64,000 nt of DNA from the NCBI GenBank assembly GCA_001643675.2, contig LSRY02000025.1, forward strand, positions 62,001-126,000, written 5' to 3'. Shown in pieces: positions 1 to 11,829 of this stretch (the first letter of the stretch is position 1; every line of letters starts with the position of its first letter). The notes under the pieces were generated by a model that had not been told where the DNA came from, searched no databases, and saw only the letters and a program-made list of their open reading frames with translations. A program made the position numbers and the translations under genes. The stretch is from Monocercomonoides exilis PA203 (lineage: Eukaryota > Protista > Preaxostyla).

Positions 1-1612
1 TGCCTGCATTCAAAGACGAAGAAGATGATGGTGAAGTCATTGAATTTTTCATTGCACCGCTTCCTGTTTGAATTGACACATCTTCAAACTTGCAATTTTT
101 CATTGAAAAAATATGCGTTCCACTTTCACAGCAAATGAAAGACGATTTTTGGAGAATTTTCTCTGCAAAATTGAACTCAACGTTTGTCAGTGCAAGTTGT
201 CCTGTTGTTGCTTTGACGAAAGCATTTGAGCTCCACTCTAATCCTGTAACAGAAACTGTGTTTAATGAAAGCTTTCCTCCATTTCCACCTTCGCCTTTGT
301 CGAGAAGAGAAAACATGGCGTCGGAAAAAGTCGTCGAAGAAGCTGCAGTTTCAAAGTCGAAATTGCATGATTCAAATGAAAGTGATCCCAATGAAATCGA
401 AGCAAAAGAAGATATTTGAGTTACGCTGGCTTCCCATTTAAATATTAAGTTTGAGAATACCAGCAACTTATTTGCATCTGCAGCATCATCGTTTGCAAGC
501 GAGCCTGTTCCAGATATCTTCACACACACTGAAGAATTCGTTTCGGACGGGCAAATCTCTGCTTTTCTCCCGCAGATCTTCCATTCTTCAGTCAATTCAA
601 CTGAATGAATCACAAACACAATGTCATCCTCGCTCAAAGCAGAAACCGCACCATTTAAAGTTTTCTTTGGGCTTTCCGCTGAGCCATCATATGCATCGTT
701 TCCTGAAGCATTAACATAAATAGCAACGATGCATTCTTTTGATGAAGGGATCTCAGAAACAGAGAATGAATTGTCAACAATAGTGCCGTTTTCGTCAGTA
801 AATAAAATGCTTTTTGGTTCGTCTGTAACTCCTTTCAAGGAAGCAAAATTATCGGGAGTGATAGGATATTTTTCTCTGTTCCAGTTTGTTACACATAAGC
901 AGTGCCCTCCTTTATCAGAATTTGTTGAGCAGCTGTCAAATGTCAAGCATTTTAATATAAATTGGTTTTCGAATTCATTGTTTGCCTTAAAGAAAATTGC
1001 TCCTCCTTCTTTGTTGGAAGTGCATTCGGAGAACCGACACCCTGTAATTGTTAATTTTCCTTTTCCAATATTTCCAGAAATCGCACCTCCGCTGCCTGCT
1101 GTTGATTTGCAATTGGTAAAATTGCACTTTGTAATATCAAGTGTAGAGCCAGCGAGTCCAATGTCAAAGTTTATTACAGAACCATCTGACTGCCTTGATG
1201 TTTCAGAAAATTGTGTGTTTTCAATTATAACTTCGCGAGTTCCTTTCAGTTCAATTACAGGCTTATCAGAATTCATAGTGATCGTATTAAATTTACAATC
1301 TTTTATTGTAATTTTTCCATTTTGTCCAAAAATAAATTTACCGTTGTGATTTATATTTGTCCATGAACAATTTTTAATCGTAAATGAATGTTGTTGATCC
1401 ATAACTTCAACCAATACCCTTTTTCCACCAATATTTTCATAGTTTTTATTCTCAGCGCTCACTGTATTGCCAGTATCAGGTATAACTGGCCAATCAGTCC
1501 AATATTCGTTGTTTGCTCTTTTATGCCTCAAAAAATTCTGTAAACTAGCATCGTTTAATTGTTCGGAGATAATTGTAATTGCAAAAACGAAAAAAAAGCA
1601 AATTATTCTCAT
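1..1612 (-). CDS. Host secreted/surface protein with right-handed beta-helix (pectin lyase/Pmp-like) repeats; 3' end outside window
   Basis: Manual minus-strand translation is open from ATG at 1612 to the window edge. It has a signal-peptide-like start (MRIICFFFVFAITIIS), CxF repeats and GGAI motifs (CNFTNCKSTAGSGGAI, CRFSECTSNKEGGAIF). Absent from the ORF track, probably because it has no stop inside the window. Confidence 0.8.
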   Translation of the reverse strand, partial: MRIICFFFVFAITIISEQLNDASLQNFLRHKRANNEYWTDWPVIPDTGNTVSAENKNYENIGGKRVLVEVMDQQHSFTIKNCSWTNINHNGKFIFGQNGKITIKDCKFNTITMNSDKPVIELKGTREVIIENTQFSETSRQSDGSVINFDIGLAGSTLDITKCNFTNCKSTAGSGGAISGNIGKGKLTITGCRFSECTSNKEGGAIFFKANNEFENQFILKCLTFDSCSTNSDKGGHCLCVTNWNREKYPITPDNFASLKGVTDEPKSILFTDENGTIVDNSFSVSEIPSSKECIVAIYVNASGNDAYDGSAESPKKTLNGAVSALSEDDIVFVIHSVELTEEWKICGRKAEICPSETNSSVCVKISGTGSLANDDAADANKLLVFSNLIFKWEASVTQISSFASISLGSLSFESCNFDFETAASSTTFSDAMFSLLDKGEGGNGGKLSLNTVSVTGLEWSSNAFVKATTGQLALTNVEFNFAEKILQKSSFICCESGTHIFSMKNCKFEDVSIQTGSGAMKNSMTSPSSSSSLNAG

Positions 1613-1829
1613 TTTACAAAAGGGAAATGAGAATATCTTATTCTCAAAATTCTATCAAATTGAAATTATATTAGGGTATTGGATCATTTTATAAAATGTG
1701 GGTTGTATCAAAAAAATTAAAAGGCGCAAGCCAATTAATTCTTAAGAACGACCGGTTAATCTACAACACCTCTTGTTATGGGAGTAGACCCTTGTAATAA
1801 CGGGACTAGTCGATCAAAAATGTTTTTAT

Positions 1830-2810
1830 TTGATGATCCCGCAAAGCACAATTGGACTCGCGTCGGGAGCGATGCCTGGAATTCAGGCCGCCGAGCCAAC
1901 GAGCGGTGGGGCAGTCTTTACATCCCCCTCCAGTGCTTCTGCTGCGTCACAGGAAAATTTACTTCTTCCTCCAAGTTTTAATTCGCAAATAACTCAACCA
2001 GAAGCGACACAGAGGATAGAATGCAAGTTATCCTGGAACGAGAGACTGCAGATTTCTTTTGCAGCGTCTTATCTTATAAAATTTTTGACATCCCAATTGA
2101 CAAGAGGGACGTGGCAGAAACAATCGAATTCTATAATTCCATTCCCCTGGCTCCGTTCATCCCTTCGTCAATTCGCAAACCCGAGTTTACAGCAAAGTGG
2201 GCGTCGGATGCCCTGGATCAAGCAGGGGAGCGAATTGAAAAGAAGCTCTGCCCTACCATTAAGGCCCTTCTATTGGCGAGAAGTGCAGCTCACGGAGAAG
2301 CAAAGACACAAATCGAAGATGCGCTCACTCTGGTAACGGCAGCATTACAGGAAAGCAGAATAACGAGAGTGGCAGGACGTCAGGGTTTCGCTGCAGCGAG
2401 GGCATTAAGAGAGGAAATGGATGATCCCTTGCTTCCAGATTACCAAAAAGAAGTTATATAACGAGCACAGCCTATATCCACATACAGAATCAGCATCAGA
2501 GGCAGTTCGCGCGGTGGAATCTCTCAGAGAAGGCGGTTTTTTCGGGGGGAGAATTACGCAAAACCCAACAAATGGCGAGGAAGCGGATGGAATCGAAGGA
2601 GAAACAAGAGCACAAGCAGATTCAGAAGCCGCTCGGTCGGGAGGAAGTCCTCCCAGTAGGAAAACCAGAGGGCGTCATAGGAGGAAGAACGAAATTCTTC
2701 CTCCATGCATGGATAGACATGCCAGTGAAGAGAATAATTTCCAACGGAATCAAGCCTATTTGGAAAGGGAAGCAAGCCAGAGAAAAATTAGAAAAAGAAG
2801 TTGCTGCAGG
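1830..2810 (+). mobile_element. 5' fragment of a DIRS-like (tyrosine-recombinase) retrotransposon: gag-like ORF plus start of pol/RT
   Basis: GC-richer island. The gag-like ORF 2021-2461 has an Arg/Gly-rich tail. The overlapping frame 2572 carries VIGGRTKFFLHAW...IISNGIKPIW...LEKEVAAG, matching the GGRL..F..W..II..G motif that precedes DIRS RT. It is cut at 2810 by the Polinton TIR. Confidence 0.6.
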
Positions 2811-3011
2811 ACTACTATATAATGCGAGTAATTAAACCCACATTTAAAAATGTGAACCAAATTACTCACATTACGGCTCCAAATAACATCAAACAAGAAT
2901 TTTCATAAATTTCAACTTAAATTAAGTATTAATATTTGAAAAATGAGGTGTTTTTTCACATGCTTTAGTGTGATCGAAAATATTTACTGTTTTAAATTAT
3001 TTCAGTTCATT
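2811..3011 (+). repeat. Polinton left terminal inverted repeat
   Basis: ACTACTATATAATGCGAGTAATTAAACCCACATTTAAAAATGTG... is the reverse complement of 32463-32663 (roughly 85% identical by eye) and a direct match to 53641-53841. Confidence 0.9.
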
Positions 3012-3092
3012 TTTTTAATTCATAATTAAAATGTCAGTTCATGTTTTTTCTTTTTTAAATTAAAGCAAATTTGAACAACTCATATTTATATT

Positions 3093-4083
3093 AGACCTTA
3101 AACGAAATTACCTAATCAATACCCGTTAGCTCGCTCTAATACCAATTAGTGGTTCATAAAACGAAAAAATCGTACTAAAAACCGTTTTGATTGAGTCAAG
3201 ACCGATTGATTCAATTCTGGGAGTTTGATCAATCAAAATGACAGTTTCAGATAATTTGTTTTTTTCATTTTTGAAATCATTTTATATAATAAAAATTTAT
3301 TTTGATTAAATAATAGAACATATTTCATCGAAAAAGTTGAATTTTCTTTATTTCGATATTTTTTGGATTTTCACATTGAAATTTTGTATCAGTTTTTTCG
3401 ATTTAAACAAATAAAACTCTAATTTCTCACTCTTATATGTAAATTTTGGATGCTTTTAACTTATTAAACTTAAAGATCATAAGTGTTAAAAAGATAAAAA
3501 TATTTTTTGATAAATTTAAAAATTTGACTTTAATTAAAAAAACATATCAATAAAAGTGAAAAAAATAGCTTCAAAGCAATGTTTGTTTGAATTGCTTTAA
3601 ATATTTGATTCAAAAAAACATCGATCATTAAGTTTCATGGAAAAAATGCAAACTTTAACATTAGAAACATTTGAACAGAAAAATAATGAAAAAATAAATA
3701 TAGTTCAGAATGTTTTTGAGCAAACAAATAAATCAATGCAAACACAAAATCCAATATCTATTCATATCAATCTTATTTGCAGAAAAATGAACATTGTTCA
3801 TTACGGACTTATTTTCATTTTTCAACAAAAAAGAACTAATAATCATATAAATGACAATAAATAAGTGAACATTTCAAAAAATAGTTAAAAAAAAACCACT
3901 CCGTAACAGAAAACAGAAAAAACTTCTCAAAATTATGATCAAACTTGATATATAATTTATGTATATTTGATCACAAAAAAGATTGAGGGAAAACCGAATT
4001 GATTGAGTCAAAACCAATAAAACAAACAAAAAACGTTTTGACTTAATCAATTCGAACTGACCGGCTCAATTCGTTTAAGGTCT
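3093..4083. mobile_element. MITE-like non-autonomous DNA transposon inside the Polinton
   Basis: Terminal IR AGACCTTAAACGAA (3093) / TTCGTTTAAGGTCT (ends 4083), flanked by ATT...ATT (or TA...TA if the ends are GACC/GGTC). Subterminal GATTGAGTCAA repeats near 3189 and 4001. No credible ORF. Confidence 0.6.
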
Positions 4084-4303
4084 ATTAAGCTTTCATAACT
4101 TTAGGGTAATACCATGGCCTTTTATAATCAAGGTCAAGAGTTCAATACCCGTTAGAGGCGACAAATTTTCAAACATTTGTCAAATCAAATTAATCATGCC
4201 TCTTTGCGATATATGAGACAGAGTTTCTCATAGCTGCGCTGCAGTCAAATTCGCAGTGAATTTAGAACTCAAATTCAAAATCTAATTCACAATAATAAAT
4301 GAT

Positions 4304-4428
4304 AAGTGCTTAATGAAAAGTGCTTAATGAAAAGTGCTTAATGAAAAGTGCTTAATGAAAAGTGCTTAATGAAAAGTGCTTAATGAAAAGTGCTTAATGA
4401 AAAGTGCTTAATGAAAAGTGCTTAATGA
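4304..4428 (+). repeat. Tandem repeat, 14-bp unit AAGTGCTTAATGAA, about 9 copies
   Basis: Directly visible perfect array upstream of polB. Confidence 0.95.
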
Positions 4429-4692
4429 TAATCAAAATAAAACAATAAATAATTCATCGATATCGATAATTATAATTAATAAATCAATAATAATAATTAT
4501 TGAAATCAAATTTATTACAAAACAAAAACCCAAATATTGAAAATTTCCTAAACTTTCAGTTCTTCTAAAAAATAAAATAGGACCCTTTTTCATATTTATT
4601 TTTAAAATTAAACAGGATCTATTTATGTGGGGGAAAAATGACAGAGATTTTTTAAAATCGAAATTTTTTTAATTTCTATAAAATTAGGAATA

Positions 4693-6756
4693 ATGAGCAA
4701 ACCAAATTTTAAGAATAAGAAATTGAAGCCATCAGAAATACTTGCGAAAACATTATTTCGAATTAACGTTATTCCTGCTTTTGGAAGGGGATCTTATCAA
4801 AAAAATAAGAAACTGTTGAAAGATTATGGAAAACAACAGATTCAAGAACAAGAGTTTTTAAATGCAATAGACGAAAATATATATGACGATGTACAACTCT
4901 CTAAAACACATGACGAACGAAAAGAATTGAGAAAACAGAAACTTTATTCTATTATTGAAGCTGCAAACACTTTCAAATTGAGACGTGAAAAAGCAAAAGA
5001 GCTTGATGATCAAATTGCAGTTCTCAAAAAAGAAAAAGCAAAATTATTAAGTGATATTCCAGTACTAGCAGAAAAAATGATGAGATACCATCAAAATAAT
5101 AAAAAAGATACATATGGAGGTGAATTCGTTAGTACTGGAGATGAGCAAGCTCGTGAAGCTTGTAAGGACTTTAAAGAATTCTTGGAAATGAACACAGATA
5201 CTGAACAAACTAAATTATTGGATGAACAGCTACATGAGCTCAGAACAAATAATAAAATTGATTTCGAAATGTTGAATAACGAAACACGAGCTAAACTGTT
5301 TCCTGAATTGAAAAAATATCTTGAGTCACTCGTTGATAAAATTACGAAAGTAGATAAATATGTGTTCACATTTAAAATAAGAAACAAGTGGAAATCCAAA
5401 AAACTGACTCCTGAATTGTATAAACAATTACTGTCAAATTTCACTGAAAAGAATTTTATGATAGACTTGTATGTTGATAATCAGAATATCAATTTTTCTG
5501 ATCCTGAAGAGAGTGATATTCCTTCATGGAGCTTATATTCTGCTATCCACATTATGAAGCTCGAAGATTTCATAAAACTTCATCCTTCATCAAAAATTGA
5601 TAAACAAATTAATAAAGATAAAGGAGGACACTTCTTCGATTATGTGACTGTTGAATCAGTCAAAAAGCCTGTGATTGATTATCTTAATAGACTTCAAATT
5701 TTTGATAAATTGACAGACTATAATAATAGAACTCGAAAAGAATTATATGATTGCTGGTGGATATATGACTTATAATCATCGGGACTATTCGATGATGAAA
5801 CACTTGACAAGAAAAGATTACGTGTAAAAAATAAATATTTATCATCAACAAAAATAGATGCAATTTGCGAAGAGTTTTATATACACTGCATTATTCATGA
5901 GCTTGATGATGAAGTAGTTGGACATAATAAATGTTGACTGTCAGCTCCTCAAAAAGCATTGAAACGTAAAACATATCTAGGAGTTGATAAAAAAGAAGCT
6001 AAATGTATATTAGAGCTAAATCTTTATCAAAAGCATTATTTTATGGAAGAAAGATCTCCTATTACAGAATATTATTTGGATCATATGAACACACTAGATG
6101 AAACAGAATATAATATATTTTATGAAGGATCGCACAAGTGTAGAGCAAAAGGAAAGAGAACAAAAGAAGCACTTACATCAAGGTATTTAGTAAAGAAGAT
6201 GTTTGCAAAACAGCTTTTCAGACCTATAACTTATAGTGAATATCTAAAGATAAGCGACATCACCAAGCCTAGTGTCAAACAGATAAATGATTTGCATTAT
6301 AATCCAAAATTCTGCTTGAAATCGTTTGAGCAAATTGCAAAAGAAAAAGAATTTAATTCGATACGTTATAAAAGCAAAACTATTTCAGACTATTATTATG
6401 CAGATTTCGAAGCAGATACAACAGGTATTCATAGAGCTTTTTACTGCTGTATAACAAATGAAAATGAAATAAAACACTTCAAAGGAGAAGATTGTGCAAT
6501 TGAACTACTAAACAATATTCCTGACAACTCTTGTGTGTATTTTCATTATCTGAAATATGATTTTTGTATGATAGCTAAACATGTAGATGAACTTTCAAAT
6601 CAAATCGCGAAAGACAACAGATTAATGAGAATCACAGTGAAATATAATAAGAAAACGATTGTGTTTAAAGATTCCTTTTCGATTATTCCAAGTGCATTAA
6701 AGCAATTCCCAAAGATGTTTAATTTAAAAAATACACAAAAAGAATTGTTTCCATAT
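4693..6756 (+). pseudogene. polB: Protein-primed family B DNA polymerase, 5' part (N-terminal extension and exonuclease)
   Basis: ORFs 4693 and 5959 share a frame, separated by in-frame TAA (5773) and TGA (5935). ExoI YYADFEA, ExoII-like VYFHYLKYDF, FKDSF, KELFPY. Interrupted at 6757. Confidence 0.88.
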
Positions 6757-7249
6757 GGGTGATTTTTTTTGATATCATAAAAAAAGATCAAAAAATGAAA
6801 AAATTAATTCTATTGTGGTAATTTTTGATCAATGAGTCAAATTGTTTTTTATTAAGTATTTAGCTTTTATTTCTGTCATATATATTTGTTTTATTCATTA
6901 ATGAGAAAAAAGACATACCTTTTTGATGTTTTTGTGGAAAAGAATTTTTTTGATCAAGTGAAATAAAAATGAACCAAAAACTAATAAATAAAACTTCAAA
7001 AAAAAAAAAAAAAAAATAGAAGTTTCAAGATTTACTGAACAATACCGATAATTGGAAAATAATATTTAAAGAAGTTTAAAAAATGCAACAAATTTGGAAT
7101 TTTTATTTTTCCGTTGAAAAAGCAATGTGCTTTTCATTAATCTATCTGAAACCTCATCAAAATATTCCAGTATCTGCTGATCAGCCCAACAGACTATGTA
7201 AATATCGTTTCAAAAAATAAATGAGTTACAATAATTAATGATAACAACT

Positions 7250-10200
7250 TACATAAACTCTTCTTTTTCTCTTAATTCTTCACATTACGTTCCCATTCAG
7301 CTTCTTTCTTATCCTCCATTCATTTTTCTTCAGTTTCTGCTCTCCTTCATCTTAATTCCTTATTTGAAAATGCAACTCATATTGTCTTCTTTTATCTCCA
7401 ACACTTTTATCTCCAATAATCTCATGGCATCCTTTTATCGCTTCTTTCACGAAAAAATAACTTGTAAAGCTTTTTCTGTTATTTCTTTTTGTACAATTTC
7501 TTTTCTTTCTTCTTCTTTCAGCCAACTCCCTCTTCTTCAACCACACATTCATCACCAGCCTCGTCTTTTGCAACCTCTGTGCATTCTTCCTCTCCTCTCT
7601 TGCAAACTTCTTCTTCCTCAACTCCTTCAACAAATCCAACTGTTTCATTAGCAGCGTCATCTTGGAATACAGAAACAAGCAAACTTCCTCACGTGACATG
7701 TTTTCTTTGACGTAAAGATCAGCCAGTTCTGTGTGATCGAAGAGGTGAACGAAGGAAGAAAAAGAAGGAAGAAGAAGAAAAAGAAGGAAGAAGAAGAAAA
7801 AGAAGGAAGAGTAAGAGATAGAGGAAGAGTAAGAGGAAGAAGAAGAAGAGTAAGAGGAAGAAGAAGAGAAGAAGAAGGGCGATGCTGCAACCTCTGTGCG
7901 GAGAGCCTTCTTCTTGCAGTGGTTGGTGTCTGTGCAGGAGAATCGAGTGGAGACGAAGGAGAATACGACAGAAGCACACGGACAGGCGCAGAAGGCGTTG
8001 AATTCAATGAATTAGACAGGGAAGTGCGGTCAGATGGAGGCAGAGAGGAGGTGGATGTGATGTTTGTGTTGATGTGATTGTCAGATGAATGCGATGTGAA
8101 GGAAGAGCAGCTGCTGGCTGAGAGCTCAATCGCTCCTGCTGATTGTAAGTGTGGGGTGGTGCTTCTCAAATTAGATGATGATGATGATGATGATGAAGAG
8201 AAAGAATTTGAATAAGAAGAAGAAGAAGAAACAACCGAAGAAGCAGTTGAAATGACTGTTTGTGGTTCATTTATTTCTTGTTCTTGCTTCTCTCTTTCTT
8301 CTTCTGCTCCTGTTTTCTTCACCCCATTTCCTTCTTCTTTGAACTTGGCGCTCTCCTTCGCTTTTTCCTCCTCCATCATTCGATACACCCTCAGCTCATT
8401 CATCCTCTTCTGCTTCATCCTCTTCTGCTTCATTCGTTCCCCTCTCACTTCTTCTTCCTCCTCTTCTTCTTCTCCTCCTCTTCCTTCCCCAATCGCCTTC
8501 TCCTTCTCCTTCTCCTTCTCCTTCTCCCTGTTCCTTCCTCTCTCGTTGTTCATCATCATGCCCCATCGTCTCTTCTCCTTCTTCTTCCCCACAACTTTCT
8601 CTGCATAGCTGTCAAACCGGTAAACTTCCACCAGCTCCTGCTTCCTCTGCGGTATGTGCTCAACTCGTGCCTGCTCAGCATCATCATTCACGTGGTCTCC
8701 TTGAATGAGTGAGAAATCGAGTGGAAGAGGTGGAATATACTCAAGGGGTTGTTTGGATCCTTCAACTGAAGAGGAAAAAGAAGAGGAAAAAGAAGAGGAA
8801 AAAGAAGAGGAAGAAGAAGAGGAAGAAGAAGAGGAAGAAGAAGAGGAAGAAGAAGAGGAAGAAGAAGTCTTTGAAATATCTGCTTGTATCGTCACTTTGG
8901 TCGGCACCAAACTTGATCTTGTGTTTGCGTGCAAACCTTCTCCATGACTGTTGTTCTGCTGCTGATGAGCACGATAAGAGGAAGAGGTGGAAGAAGAAGA
9001 AGAAGAAGGATACTGCTGGCTTGACTGCCCAGCTAATCTGCGTGACTTGGTGAGTTACTGTGCTGTAGATGAAGGGCGAGGTGGATATGCATGCAGAGCA
9101 ACTGTGGTGGTGGTTGTGGCAGAGGAGCCAGAAGAGACAGAACTGGAGTTGTAAGGGTGTATTGAAAAAGAAGTGATAGAAGAAGCAGGAGATGAAGAAG
9201 AAGAGGAGGAGGAGGAAGCTGAATACAATCTGGCAGACTCCACACGTGTGGGCGACAGATACACCCTGTCTCCGTTCTGCAGCTGGGCTGGTGAGTTGAT
9301 TGTGCTGTACCTGCCATTCACACCAGGAGAAATAGCAGAAGCATTCGAAGAAGAAGAAGAATAAGAAGAGGAAGAAGAAGAAGATGATGATGATGAATTC
9401 ATTGTTTCTATTGAAGTCCTTCGAGCGTTCCTTGACGACGCAAAAGTGCTCCCAGCGCGGGACGAGCCAGGGGGAACAGCTGCAGACGAAGGCTGATAGA
9501 AAGAAGGTGTGGAGACAGCAGGCAAAGCGTGTGTTTGTGTGTCGCAGAACGTGGTGGCTGGAAAAGAAGGCTGGCGACACGCACTCGAAAGCGATTTAGG
9601 CACAGTTCTGTCACCATCATTGGATTTTTCTCTTTCTCTTTCATTTTCTCTTTCTCTCTCTCTTTCTCTTGAAGAATCATTACTTCTCCCTCTTTTCCCC
9701 ACTGCGTATCGGAACGACCGCTCCATCACAACCACTGCCCCATCAGCTGCATTTGTGTCTGTCTGTAGTTGTTCATTCACCTCTTCCTCTTCTCCTTCTC
9801 TTCCTTCCCTTTCTCCTTCTCATTCTTCTTCCTCTCTAACATCTGCATTAAACTCCCCTTCATTTCCTCTTTCACCAAATCCTTCATGTGCCCCTGTCAA
9901 GTTGTGCATCATTAGATTCGCCTTCGACGACGAAAACCGCAGCGCCGGTTACAAAATCGGTGGATAGCTCTCTTGTTGCTCTGTCTGCTCTGACTGCTCG
10001 GCTGCTTCATTTGAATTCTCGTTCACTCCAATTCGACGGTCACTGAAAAGCGGCTCTTCATCAAAGCTATCTTTTGAACCATTTGTCTGATAGCGTGGAA
10101 AGCCAGATTCGAATCTCTCTCTGTCGTGAGAATTGTATTCAATTTCGTCTTGCTCGTTTTCATGTTTTTCTTTCCTTCCCTCTCTCTGTTCCCCTCCTTC

Positions 10201-11580
10201 TCTTTCTTCTTCTTCTTCTTCTTCTTCTTCTTCTTCTTCTTCTTCTTCTTCTTTAAAGCCTCACTCACATTCTCATTCCTCAAAGTCATCTCATTCAAAA
10301 CCCAGCTCATCAACAACTACCTTATCACCTTCCTCAACAGCTGTACCAACTGCTTCATCATCATCACCTTCTTCTTCAACTTCTTCTATTTCGTCTTATT
10401 CATCAGCCTTTCAAAATACTTCTGTTATAAAACAATTTTTTAATCCCCTCCAGCTTCTTGCATAGACACACAAGAAGTACAGCGATCGCACCCTCAAACT
10501 GATCTCTATTGCACATTTACGCTCAACCCTCTCGCAAAATGCTGCGGAAATTAAAAGACAAAAGAGGAAGCCAGCAGCAAGTCAGAAGCGAAATTCATCT
10601 CTTTCGTCTTCTTCTGCAAAGACTCAACTGACTATTTCAACATTTTCTGCGCATTCATACGCAGTTACATATTCTTCTTCTTTGTTTTCTTCCTCTTCCT
10701 CTTCTTCTGTTTCTCAAGAACCACCTTGTTCGCCCCGCCCCACCTTTCCTTCTTTTCTCCACCACTGAGTCGGCTGTGCTGAGATTTGCGGGCAGAGAAG
10801 CACGATGGAAGACAGCGTGTTGCTGCTGCCCATTGATGGATGAGGCGTAGAGAAGCTTGTGTGCGATGGAGAAGAGGGGATTTTGGCTCGCATACTGAAA
10901 TATCCGCAGGAGCTGAGGTTTGGTGAGAAAGGAATGAAGGCACTGGAAGACAGAGAGGATGAGATCTGGGCAAGGATGATGAGAGAGAAAGAGAAAAGGA
11001 AGAAGGAAAGAAAGAGAAAAGATGGAGAAGGAAAAAAGAGGAAGGAAAGAGAAAGAAAAGAAGAAGAGGATAAAAAATCCAGAAATAAGCTAAATACAAA
11101 CACAAAAGCAAGTAATGTTGAAATAAACTCACAAACGTTACTTTCATCTTCTCCTTCGTCGTCATCATCTTCTTCTTTATATTCTTCAACAGAAAGTGTT
11201 GAAGAACAGAATGTGAATGCACACACAACAAATGCAGCTGATGATGCTTTTCTTCAACCTCCTCTGAATATTCCTCCTCCTCCTCCTCTTTCCACTCAAG
11301 CTCAATTCAATGCCTCTGCTCTCTTATCAACTACTTCTTCCATACTCCCCTGTGCACCTCTTCTTCTTCTTCTTTTTCTTCTTCTTATCCTTCCTCTTCC
11401 TCTTCTTCGTATTCCCTTTTTCTGCTTTCTCTTCCCCATCCTCTTATTTTCCCTTCACAACTCGATTCATCTTCATCGTCTCCTTCTCCTTCTTCCCCTT
11501 CTTATCTCTCTTTCTCTCAGAGTGGGTATGACAGATTTCAAGGTGTGTCTTTTCATCTGTTTCTTCCTTAACACGAAAGC
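7250..11580 (-). pseudogene. Degraded low-complexity Ser/Glu/Lys-rich host-like gene(s), cargo of the ATAT element
   Basis: Fragmented minus-strand ORFs (7657-8934, 9055-9780, 10023-10316, 10714-11226) with poly-S/E/K tracts from GAA/TCT microsatellites. No recognisable domain. Confidence 0.4.
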
Positions 11581-11829
11581 CTGAAAGCATTGATACGAAA
11601 GGCAGAGGAGAGAGATGATTGTTAATTCAGCGCCGAGTGAATCAACAGTTGAGGAGCCACTAAGATGTGCCAGGAAAAATGACTCCGCCTCCTCATTTGA
11701 ACGAGGCGATCTTGAGTGCTCTAACAGATCAAGCAGATGAGGTTGCAGCTGGCAGTGAGGGAAAATAAACAAATGGAAAGGCTTTAACTGGTGAGCTGGA
11801 AGCTGTCGGCATGCACACTCCAACAGAGC

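Noticed and set aside
90-1349. Plus-strand ORFs 90, 451 and 729
   Set aside because: Antisense shadows of the long minus-strand host gene.
1671-4106. Isolated TTAGGG hexamers at 1671 and 4101
   Set aside because: Single occurrences expected by chance.
4304-4428. Possible CRISPR array or telomeric repeat
   Set aside because: Head-to-tail 14-mers with no spacers and no cas genes; not TTAGGG-like.
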